The notes beneath the pieces are model-generated. The model did not search any database. It had not been told where the DNA came from and saw only the letters and a program-made list of their open reading frames with translations. The translations under genes and the position numbers were made by a program. Below, one piece after another: positions 13,586 to 23,339 of a stretch of 64,000 nt of DNA (the stretch's first letter is position 1; each line of letters starts with the position of its first letter). Location: positions 62,188,001 to 62,252,000 of the forward strand of contig OZ076409.1 of the NCBI GenBank assembly GCA_964187785.1. Direction: 5' to 3'. Origin of the DNA: Amphiscolops sp. MND2022 (Eukaryota).

Positions 13586-16500
13586 TGTAGGATTTTTGAC
13601 TTTTCGCTCATGATTTGGTGTTTATTAAATTTTAGTTCATCAGCAAGGTAGATTTTACGGGGTGATATCGTATAAAAGTAAAGATTACAATAAGTACTTC
13701 AAGTACCTCACACTATTGTTTAATGTCAATAATATTGTCTTTAGTCTCGCGGACAACTAAAATAACCATTCTTAACTGCTATGAAGCGGCCGCACAACGT
13801 ATTAATGCAATAAGACGGCCGCCACCACCTAAACCTATGTAAGAAAATTCTAATCGGAACGAAACTTTAACATTGATTTTCTCGATACCTATTGCGAATA
13901 TAAGAAAAATTAAACCACCAAAATGCTCCTTTTCGACCTGACTACGTGTTGAGTAAACATTTAAGAACTTTTCAGTAACGAATTTTCACAGAAAAAGCAT
14001 TAGAAGTCATAAAATACTGTGAATAGAAATTTAGTCAAATTACTATGTTAATACATGTGTTTGAGGGTAAGCGAGAGTGAAAACTCCGCTGTGTGCGTAA
14101 ACAGCATAGAATGCAACTCAGCTAAGCGTGTCAGAAAGCGAAAGGAATGAAATTAAGAACGCGCTGTGAGTGGCTGTACGCATAGCTAATAAGAAAACGG
14201 CCGCCGCACACTTTGAATTAATCCCCCCTCTTAATAGAAATTAAAAATCAAAACCCGATTTCTCGAAGATGAAAAAAGATAGCAACAAACGGTTTTCAGC
14301 ATTCAAAAGCCCATCCAAAGGAGAGCTTAAGTTGAGAATATGAGCGTTGTGCGACCCCGGGAACATATCGGGGAGACGCTTTGAAAATAAGTGCATTGAA
14401 AATTTTGACGATTTTCCAAAATTGAGTTTCCTTTAAAAATTTCGTGTGATCGCTACAGTTGTCAGAAAATGTTCGGATATGGCTTAAATTAAAGATAAAT
14501 GGATGCCCTAACTTGTGTTAATTGGAAAATAAATAATATTCAGTAGTTTTTGAGAACTGAGCCAGCAAACGTTAAAAACAGCCCTAAAATGGCCTAAAAA
14601 GCCGTTTTTCGCATGTTATCGCTTAGTACTCAACGTGTAAGCGCACAATAGCCGCCCCCTTCACAGCGTACTTGAGAATTGAAGTGGAGGAGTGAATAGA
14701 ATAATAAATAGAGTGCTGCGGTGCGCTAGCGAAGAACCCCCAAGAATTTAAAGTTGTGATTTCTTTCAGCCGATAGGGATGTCGACCTACCAAAATGCGA
14801 ACCCCCCCCCGCACGTTTTGGGCGATATCGAGCTGAAACTTTCAGGGTAGACGCACAAGACCCAGGCGCACAGCGTTTAGCAGAAGCGTTTTTCCGAAAA
14901 ATGCCCTGGTTTCGAGATATTGGCCTCCAAAGTTGAAAGTCCAGACATAAAAATCGGGAAAATGACTACTTTCAGAAAAAGTACTATCAAATTTTGTTGA
15001 GAAAAGATAGAGACCTCATCTAAAGTGCAAAATACTCCTAATGGCTTGGGCTAACGATGTATATAAGCCCCCAGCCTGTATCTTTCAAATTGACTGAGTA
15101 CTAGCACTCCAAATTTGAGATTTGTGTGAAAACCGATGGGTGATTTTTGACTACCAAACTTTAAAGGCGTTTTTCATAGTGAAGGAGTTGAAATAGAAAG
15201 AAAACCATGGAGTAAGCTTTTGTAGCCCTTGAATTGTATTTTCAAATGGTGTACTTGGTTTTTGCCTCCCGTGATCGGAACACCTTGTTTTTGCTCTTAG
15301 AAGTTGTAACACGAAAATCGACTTTTTTAGATATGAATTGAAATCGCCTTTTAGGTCATTGTAAATTGTAGAAAATTGTTTCCTTCAGCCATTTTTAGCT
15401 GAAGAGAGTTGTCAGGAACCGCGTGAGAAAAAGAGACCTGGCAAAGAGTGCAAATGTCAATCAGTAAGCCGAAGTTCAAGTCGTGCTTACAAAAGTGGGA
15501 AACACTGAGTCAGTAGCACCACCCCTTAAATTCTATTGAAAACGAAGTAAAACCATCAGTCATGATTGACAAGGAGGTGGAACTAGGACCGACTCGTGCT
15601 GAGAAAATGTACTTCTAATGAACTTTCAGTACCGAAGTAGGAAAAAACTGTATTGCTCAACACTTAGTCAGAACCCGAAAAAGGAAAGATGATAAACTAT
15701 GAATAATGATATGACTAAACTGCCGAAAAAGTAACTTAGGCCGAAGTGTGCGCCATTTTAGCGACACACAAAGTGAGTTGAAATCTAGAGAACGGTTTGC
15801 TGCTTTGCGTCCGATAGCATCCCGCATCAGACACCGGACTATCGAAATTGCAGATTTACTTCGTCTGGCCGGTTAGCCCGTGCCTTCAGCCTAACAACCT
15901 GAAGTTGCCTGATTTGTTGCTACCCCGCTTTTCGCTAGTACGGATTTCGACCCGGGAGTAGGGCGGACTGCTGGTCTATCGTATTACATGTAAAAGAGCC
16001 TAAGTGGGCTGATAATACACGGTTGAGCCTAAGTGGGCTGATAATACACGGTTTAAGCCTAAGTGGGCTGATAATACACGGATTGTTGTTTTCACTCCAA
16101 GACCGATAGAGATTTTGCGGCGAGTTGATTCTTCCGATATCTTCGATATCACCCCCATCCTTACGGATACAAAAACTTAACCTTGCTGAAATTCTTGTTT
16201 ACTGTTCTCTTGTGTTATATGCCTCCTAATATGCCTGCTAATATACTCCGTAATATTCTCCGCTATTATCGATGTTATTATATTATTCATTCTATTATTC
16301 GTGGATGTGAAATTGTATTTGTGTCTATTACTCGACTTATTTATTTGATGTATAGTAATTAAAGTTCAACCTGCTTCTTTTCATCAGCGAAAAGATAATT
16401 TCAAACAGTCCAAGAGTAGCGAGACAAACCCCTGAAAGAGGGAAAAATAGCAAAGTTGTAAAGATCGTGATTTCCTTGTCACACTTACCCCCACCGCCTT

Positions 16501-16658
16501 CGATTTAGTTGATTCGTCTCTTCTTCGGAGTTAATAAAAATTTATGTAGATACTCAGCCAGTCCTTGTCTCGTGCATGGTACCTACGGGTTTAATTGAGT
16601 TGTAGTGGAGCTATTCTCAACAAATAGTTAAAGCTACTGGAAAACTAAAAATCTTACA
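13586..16658 (+). repeat. 5' LTR of element A (3073 bp)
   Basis: TG...CA termini; direct repeat of 27041-30213; AATAAA at 16533-16538. Confidence 0.97.
15996..16082 (+). repeat. 29-bp tandem repeat in the 5' LTR (3 copies)
   Basis: Unit GAGCCTAAGTGGGCTGATAATACACGGTT. Confidence 0.95.
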
Positions 16659-16659
16659 T

Positions 16660-16677
16660 TGGCGCTCCTGGGTGGGC
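16660..16677 (+). promoter_or_regulatory. Primer-binding site, tRNA-Asn type
   Basis: TGGCGCTCCTGGGTGGGC, 1 nt after the LTR end. It is complementary to the conserved 3' end of animal tRNA-Asn(GUU) as recalled from memory. Confidence 0.8.
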
Positions 16678-16770
16678 TTTCTTTGCGTCTTTGTTATTTC
16701 CTCTTTCTTTGCTTACTTCTTTCCCATACCTTCCCTTCATCCCTTGTGAGTTGCTGAACCCTTCTTGACG

Positions 16771-18165
16771 ATGTCTGGAGACGACGACAACGATCAGCAG
16801 ATTTCCCCCGTCACCCAAGAAGACCCCAACGGCACCCATACTCCCGTCACAGGTGGTAGTAAGCCACTCCTCAGTAAGTCCACTAAAATTTCCTTCGTAG
16901 GATTGGCCGACGCGGAAAAGGAGTGTAAAAGAGATGCTTATCGGCGATTGAAAGAAATGGAAAAAGAAATTAAAAGATTCAAAATCGAAGCAGACCTAGA
17001 TTCTGACGACTCCATGGTCCTTGAAAATAAATCTAGAAAAAGACAAAAACCCCTGTACGAAAAATCGCCAATAAAACCAGAAAAGTTCCCCAGCAAAGAT
17101 TACAACCGCTGGGAAAATTGGGTAAAACACTTCAAAGCAGTTGCCAAAGCCAATGGGTGGAATGATAGTCAAAAAATTGCTGCAATACCTACTTGTTTAA
17201 CATCTTGGGCTATTGAAGAATTTGAAACTGTCCCCAAAAGATATATTGAAAAAGAACCCGGTTCTTACCCCCCACGTTTTGATGAACTCCTTGAAATTTT
17301 GAAACCCAAAATGCAGCAATATCGCAGCCAGCGAGCTACGCGGTCGGAATTTAAAGCAGTTAAACAGTGGGAAAATGAAGACCTAAGAGACTACTCGAGA
17401 AGAGTACGTCAACTCGCTGATATAGCCTTTCCTGAAAAATCGCTCCGGGAAAGAGAACGCGATATGAGAGATCAATTTATTGAAGGGCTTTTTGATTCGC
17501 GAATACAACTTAGTTTGTATGAAGACGAGCGTGACCGTGATTTCGGGGAAACTTTGCAACGAGCACAGGAACTCGAAATAATCCACAAGACTCATGAATC
17601 AAAAAGAGAGCGGAAACTTGATAAATTGCGCTATTCGTATGACGAATATGAGGATCCCGATCTAGTGAGAGCTGGCTATGCGAATAATAGTCAAATAGAA
17701 GAAAAATTCGCCGCCATTCAAACATCACTTACCAATGTGGCAAGTCGCTTTGATCGATTTGAAAATTCCATCTGTCAGCAAATATCCAAGCAAACCGATC
17801 AAATAACGAAAAACTTAGAACAAAGTTCCTCGAAACAAGTCGAAATGATGACCAGACAAAACGAAATCCTAATGCAGGGTATGAAAGACATGTCATCTGC
17901 GATCGTAGGAGCGTTAGGAAGTTCGCAAAGGCCGGTTGGTGGGCAGCCTCAGAGTTGGCAAGCTCCCCGTTTTCAAGCCCCTTTCACTCCTAGTTATCGT
18001 GCGCCTCTAAATAGGGCAGGATCGTCGGGTCAGCTAAATGTTTCGCACCCTCCCCCCGAAGAAGCGGAATGTTTTAATTGTAAGGCGATAGGTCACTACG
18101 CTAAGCAATGTCCAAGTCTTCCACAGTCTAATTCTTTAAACTACCGACAGCCGAGTATGCAGTAG
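16771..18165 (+). CDS. gag: Gag of element A
   Basis: ORF track 16765-18165, first ATG at 16771. Retrotransposon capsid-like core (WENWVKHFKAVAKANGW...DQFIEGL) and C-terminal CCHC knuckle CFNCKAIGHYAKQC. Confidence 0.93.
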   Translation: MSGDDDNDQQISPVTQEDPNGTHTPVTGGSKPLLSKSTKISFVGLADAEKECKRDAYRRLKEMEKEIKRFKIEADLDSDDSMVLENKSRKRQKPLYEKSPIKPEKFPSKDYNRWENWVKHFKAVAKANGWNDSQKIAAIPTCLTSWAIEEFETVPKRYIEKEPGSYPPRFDELLEILKPKMQQYRSQRATRSEFKAVKQWENEDLRDYSRRVRQLADIAFPEKSLRERERDMRDQFIEGLFDSRIQLSLYEDERDRDFGETLQRAQELEIIHKTHESKRERKLDKLRYSYDEYEDPDLVRAGYANNSQIEEKFAAIQTSLTNVASRFDRFENSICQQISKQTDQITKNLEQSSSKQVEMMTRQNEILMQGMKDMSSAIVGALGSSQRPVGGQPQSWQAPRFQAPFTPSYRAPLNRAGSSGQLNVSHPPPEEAECFNCKAIGHYAKQCPSLPQSNSLNYRQPSMQ

Positions 18166-18185
18166 CAGGCTCTACTCGCGCTTGG
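18135..18185 (+). promoter_or_regulatory. -1 programmed ribosomal frameshift signal: U UUA AAC plus downstream stem-loop
   Basis: TTTAAAC at 18135-18141 is in the correct gag phase (TCT TTA AAC). The -1 frame is open from there into pol. CGAGTA/TACTCG can pair downstream. Confidence 0.85.
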
Positions 18186-21100
18186 GATTCCATCCCTTCC
18201 CCAGCTGCTACAAATTTTCCACAAACAAGTCAGCGTGTTCGTTCTAGGTCTAGGAGTAACGATAGCCATTTGCGACAGCGCAATCGCAGTAGGCGGATCG
18301 ACCCCGAAACTTGGAAACAAATGTGTGATGAGTTTAGCCCGGGAGGTTTTTTCCCAAAAGAATGCCATACCCTTGTTGTAAATAGTCCCCCAATACAAAA
18401 TCTTTTTGAGGATAAACAAGCGGAGCCTGGCTCCGTGAAAATTTTGTACAAGAAAGAGTCAGAATTTCCAAATCAGGCCCGGTCTGATGAGGTAAAATCG
18501 AGAAAACTTACCCATAGTCAATACATTCCAGGGGCCACGCTTTTAATCCCCTATGAAGTAGAAAGCCTACGGTGTTGGGCCATGATAGACACTGGTGCGA
18601 GTAGAAGTTTGATGAGTTTGGAATTGGCTAAGACTATTGGTAACCCAATAGCTCCCAATCCCAGTCGTTTAACAGGCCCAATAGCCAACGAGATGCCTAC
18701 CAAAGGTATCGTAAAAGCAGAAGTTAAAATCGGAACGTGCGTTGCTTCCGATGAATTCGTGGTTGTAGAAGATCTCTACCCTGAGATCATGATTGGCTTA
18801 AAATTAATGATGGAAAATCAATGCTCGACTGACTTAGTCGAACAAAAACTAACGATCCCCAAAGATGATGGTTTCATCATCAAAATACCCATGCAAGTCC
18901 TAAGCGGTCATGTTCCCCCGCCGGAAGATGACGCATTTGTTTGCGAGACGGTACCCGGTCCTGACACAGTATCAGCGGCCTCCGAAATAAACGAAAAACT
19001 CGAACAGGAAGTTGACGAAATTTTAAATTTAGCCACCCCTGGACTCGAGAACGCCGAAATAAAGGAAAAATTGCGAGATTTGATTCGTGATTACAGAGAT
19101 GTGTTTTTACTGCCTTCAGACCCGTTAGGAACCGCTGTAGGAGTAGAACACCGCATAGACATAGGCGATGCGAAACCGTTCAAAATTTCGCCCTACAAAA
19201 TTGCTCCGCATAAATTAGAAGCCGTTCGTGAAGAAATTCGCGAGATGCTTGAGAAAGGAGTGATCGTACCGAGTAAAAGTCCTTTCAGTAGTCCCATAGT
19301 AATGGTACCTAAGAAAGATGGCTCAAACCGAATGTGTATAGATTATCGAAAGTTGAACGACCTTACCGTAAAGGACGCGTATCCGTTGCCCCGGATCGGT
19401 CAAACGATTGATGCACTGCAAGGGGCGGGAGTCTTCTCGTCTCTCGATTTAGCAAGTGGCTATTGGCAGATTCCAGTCGCGGCCGAAGACCGGCACAAAA
19501 CGGCGTTTTGTACTCCGGATGGAGGATTATTTGAGTGCTTGAAAATGCCGTTTGGCTTAACGAACGCCCCGCCAACTTTCCAAAGGAACATGAACGACAT
19601 TTTTAAAGAAGATCTATATAAACATGTGCTCATATTCCTAGATGATGTGCTAACGTTTAGCAAAACTCCAGAAGAACATTTGGAGCATTTAGAAAAGGTG
19701 TTTATAGTTTTGCGCAAAGCCGGTTTACGTCTTAAACCGAAGAAATGCAACTTATTCCGCACCGAGGTCCACTATCTAGGTCATGTGATTAACAAGGAAG
19801 GGATCCAACCGGATCCGAAAAAGTTAGCGGCAGTACGCGAATGGGAGCCTCCGACCGACGTCACCGGAGTTCGCTCATTTGTTGCCTTCTGCAACTATTA
19901 TCGGAAGTTTGTCCAAAATTTCGCCGAAGTGGCTCGACCACTTTATTTGTTGACGAGCAAAGGATTAAAATTCACATGGACCGAAGAACATGATAAAGCG
20001 TTCCGAACGCTGAAGAAAAGATTGTTAGAAGCTCCAATTTTGGCATTTCCAAATTTTGAACTTCCGTTCATTATTGATACTGATGCTAGTGATACGGCGC
20101 TCGGCGCAGTTTTGTCGCAAGTGATCGATGGGATAGAGTATCCAATTGCCTTTGAGTCGCGAGTTCTAACTAAAACAGAGGTAAATTATGCAACAACCAA
20201 AAGAGAAGCGCTAGGTGTAGTTCAAGCCGTCCAGTGGTTCAGACCGTACATTTACGGATCCAAATGCATTATCCGCACGGATCATGCAAGTCTTCAATGG
20301 TTGTTTAGGCAAAATGCGGATGGAATGACTTTTCGAATGGTTCAGAAACTTCAGGAGTATGACTATCAAATAGTACATCGTCCAGGTGATAAACATTGCA
20401 ATGCGGACGGTCTTAGTCGACGACCGAATGACGTACCCCAATGGCTCCCCGGCGAAGAAGATGCGTTAAGGGGACCGATCCCCGAATTCACCGAATTTGA
20501 TAGTGCTTTGTTTGAAGCCGAACGCGATCTTCGAGCCGCCCGAACCAAAGCTCGTGAGAAATTGGAAAACTCAGAGGATGTAGCTCGGCATTTGAAAATG
20601 CAAATTTCTCACCCACCTAGAGAGGTAGTCCGTTATCGAGAAGGGGATTTTTTCGAATCCCCCGATTCCTTAGTATTGTGTGTATCTGCCGACATGAGAG
20701 TAGCCACTGCTCCCATGAAATCGTTTGTGAAAAAATATTCCCATTTACCACCTCTCGCAGAGTCGGTAAACCGTGTTGGAGGTTTTCTAGTGTACCAAGA
20801 TGTTGAAAAAGGACGTTATGTGTACATATTGATCACCAAGCATTGTAAAGGAGAAGTTGCCAAATACGATGTATTAAAAGAAAGTCTATTGAGAGTGAAA
20901 GAACATGCTAGTTCCCATGGAATTTCCAAACTTGCAATGCCTAGAATAGGTTGCGTCGACGACGAACTAGAATGGATAAATGTAGCTATTTGTCTAGAGG
21001 TTGTGTTTCAAGATTCGTATTTTACGATCTCCGTGTATACACCGAGAGACCAAGAGCATCTGTACCCTTCGAGTTCGGCAAGACGAGGTACCCCGCGTTC

Positions 21101-22964
21101 ATCAAGTGTAGATTCCGCCTGTTCCGTCGTTACCCCTGAAGAAATGTTAGTATCAGAGCAAGTGGGGGGGCATATCTCATGGACTAGATCAGATAGCGAC
21201 CTAGCGTATGGTCAGAGAATGGATCGTAGTACGGGATTACTATTCCGTGAAATGGTTAGACGTGGAATTCGGATAGATGGTACATTGGAAGATTTAGGGC
21301 CCAACCCCATCCCCAGAGAAGTAGCATTAGAATGGAGTTGTCCAGAGGCGTTAGAACTTTGGAGTAATTGGGATCAGCTAGCGCTGGCCAATCGAGTCCT
21401 TTATCGAAAATGGAAACCTAGCAATCGTGAACGTGAAATATGGCAGGCAGTCGTTCCTTCGACTATGAGAGCCGAAGTGTTACATCAGTTACATGACTCC
21501 CCTCTTAGCGGAGGTCATTTTGCAGCCGAGAAAACGTTATCAAGGATTAAACAGAGATTTTGGTGGCCTGGTCTCAGGTCAAGTGTAGAAAAGTATATTG
21601 CAAAATGCACGCGTTGCGCGGCTAGATCAACGGCGGGAAAAGGTCGAAAAGCTCATTTGCAAACAATCGAAGCAAAGGCGCCGTTTCGTATTGTTGCAGC
21701 AGATATTTTGGGACCCGTAACGCTAGCGAAAAAGTCACAGGCGCGATACATTTTAGTTATATCCGATTTGTATACAAAGTATGCGGTTGCCGTTCCTTTG
21801 AAAGACATGACGGCTAAGACGGTGGCCACGACTTTAGTCGAAGAGTGGATTTTGAAATTTGGAGCTCCCGATACTTTACATACGGATCAAGGAACTAACT
21901 TCAACAGCGAAGTAATGAAAGATATTTGCCAAGTTTTCATGATCGATAAAACTAGGACTTCTCCGTATCATCCCCAAGGAAATGGTCAAGTAGAAAGGTT
22001 CAATAGAGTCATTGCCGATACTATCTCTAAGTATTGTGCCGAAAAACCGCAGGAGTGGGATCTCTACTTGCCCCACGTCAATTTTGTGTACAATACCACC
22101 GTACATAAGACCCTCGGTACGACCCCGTTTTCGATGTTGTACGGGAGAGAAGCACAATATCCGATCGACTTATTCTATCCAAAACCTCCTGGCGACCCCC
22201 GTTTAGAATTAGGCGAGGTAGGAGCCGAGTTGAGTGATAAACTATTCGAAGTACATAGTCATGCGCAACTGACTATGGGGAAAGAACAACGTCGTCAGAA
22301 GGATTATTATCAGAAAAAGGTCCATGGAAAAAGTTTTAAAACAGGAGACCGAGTGTGGTTATTCGAGCCACACAAAGCGAAATCCCGAAAGTTCCATCTC
22401 CCTTGGCACGGTCCATACGAAGTATTGAGTCAGACCAGTGAAGTGAACTATCAGATTTGCAAGCCAGGTTGCCCGGAAAATTGGCAGAATATCCATTTTA
22501 ATCGTCTTAAACCGTATCTTGGCGAATCCCTCCCGAAACGATCCGAACGAGAGGCGACAAAAACGCTTCCGAGTTATGAAGAAGTCGCAGATGAATCCGA
22601 TTCATCCGACCAAGAGACCGAAAATAGACCGTATCATGTGTTCCGCCCTACTTCGGCGGAAATCCAAGCCAATAAAAACCGGCCGCACGTGTCATTTCAT
22701 GACGTTCCCCGCGTGATAAGCGCCGAAAACGACGAAGAGACTACTCTGACTAATTGCCCGTTGTATATAGACGTCCCCGCACCGTCAGAGGAGTCTTCAT
22801 TTCCTGTTTATGAAGAAATAAACGACAATAGAAATACTTCGCCTCCTTCAGACGAGGAGGACAACGAAAGCGAACGTTCAGATTCGCTGATAATCGAAAC
22901 GACACGGAATCGTCGACCGCCAGTACGCTTCGGCATAGACGAACACGTGGTAAAGCCAAAATAA
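18135..22964 (+). CDS. pol: Pol of element A: protease, RT, RNase H, macrodomain, integrase
   Basis: MIDTGAS (PR); KMPFGL and IFLDD (RT); DTDAS and TDH (RH); TARG1-like segment at ~20625-21041; H..H..CTRC zinc finger, D-D-E core and GPY motif (IN). Uninterrupted ORF. Confidence 0.97.
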   Translation, partial: FKLPTAEYAVAGSTRAWDSIPSPAATNFPQTSQRVRSRSRSNDSHLRQRNRSRRIDPETWKQMCDEFSPGGFFPKECHTLVVNSPPIQNLFEDKQAEPGSVKILYKKESEFPNQARSDEVKSRKLTHSQYIPGATLLIPYEVESLRCWAMIDTGASRSLMSLELAKTIGNPIAPNPSRLTGPIANEMPTKGIVKAEVKIGTCVASDEFVVVEDLYPEIMIGLKLMMENQCSTDLVEQKLTIPKDDGFIIKIPMQVLSGHVPPPEDDAFVCETVPGPDTVSAASEINEKLEQEVDEILNLATPGLENAEIKEKLRDLIRDYRDVFLLPSDPLGTAVGVEHRIDIGDAKPFKISPYKIAPHKLEAVREEIREMLEKGVIVPSKSPFSSPIVMVPKKDGSNRMCIDYRKLNDLTVKDAYPLPRIGQTIDALQGAGVFSSLDLASGYWQIPVAAEDRHKTAFCTPDGGLFECLKMPFGLTNAPPTFQRNMNDIFKEDLYKHVLIFLDDVLTFSKTPEEHLEHLEKVFIVLRKAGLRLKPKKCNLFRTEVHYLGHVINKEGIQPDPKKLAAVREWEPPTDVTGVRSFVAFCNYYRKFVQNFAEVARPLYLLTSKGLKFTWTEEHDKAFRTLKKRLLEAPILAFPNFELPFIIDTDASDTALGAVLSQVIDGIEYPIAFESRVLTKTEVNYATTKREALGVVQAVQWFRPYIYGSKCIIRTDHASLQWLFRQNADGMTFRMVQKLQEYDYQIVHRPGDKHCNADGLSRRPNDVPQWLPGEEDALRGPIPEFTEFDSALFEAERDLRAARTKAREKLENSEDVARHLKMQISHPPREVVRYREGDFFESPDSLVLCVSADMRVATAPMKSFVKKYSHLPPLAESVNRVGGFLVYQDVEKGRYVYILITKHCKGEVAKYDVLKESLLRVKEHASSHGISKLAMPRIGCVDDELEWINVAICLEVVFQDSYFTISVYTPRDQEHLYPSSSARRGTPRSSSVDSACSVVTPEEMLVSEQVGGHISWTRSDSDLAYGQRMDRSTGLLFREMVRRGIRIDGTLEDLGPNPIPREVALEWSCPEALELWSNWDQLALANRVLYRKWKPSNREREIWQAVVPSTMRAEVLHQLHDSPLSGGHFAAEKTLSRIKQRFWWPGLRSSVEKYIAKCTRCAARSTAGKGRKAHLQTIEAKAPFRIVAADILGPVTLAKKSQARYILVISDLYTKYAVAVPLKDMTAKTVATTLVEEWILKFGAPDTLHTDQGTNFNSEVMKDICQVFMIDKTRTSPYHPQGNGQVERFNRVIADTISKYCAEKPQEWDLYLPHVNFVYNTTVHKTLGTTPFSMLYGREAQYPIDLFYPKPPGDPRLELGEVGAELSDKLFEVHSHAQLTMGKEQRRQKDYYQKKVHGKSFKTGDRVWLFEPHKAKSRKFHLPWHGPYEVLSQTSEVNYQICKPGCPENWQNIHFNRLKPYLGESLPKRSEREATKTLPSYEEVADESDSSDQETENRPYHVFRPTSAEIQANKNRPHVSFHDVPRVISAENDEETTLTNCPLYIDVPAPSEESSFPVYEEINDNRNTSPPSDEEDNESERSDSLIIETTRNRRPPVRFGIDEHVVKPK

Positions 22965-23339
22965 CAATGATGTCTTCGGGTGATGGTCAGGTGAGTTGAG
23001 TCATCCGAAGTAATGAAGCTCATCATTCGTTTAGCCGTTCGTGAGCATGACTAATCGAATTAACGTAAGCTCGAACAGTCCGTCACGAGGTGCTGAGTCA
23101 GAAAAAGAGCGTCATCCGTGTCGCTATCGACTCTGCTTCATTCCGTAATTTAACCTCAACTTAGCCAGTCGCTAGAATAGAAAAATTGTAATTATCAACT
23201 CTACAATCAATTCGATCGACTTTTGCCTTCCGTATTACGCTTTAGAAACCTTAAAAAAAACCTATTATCGTCTTGTGCTATCTTATTATACCCTATTATC
23301 AACTTTCGTCCTCTTCCGACTCGCTAGTATAGTCGCAGG

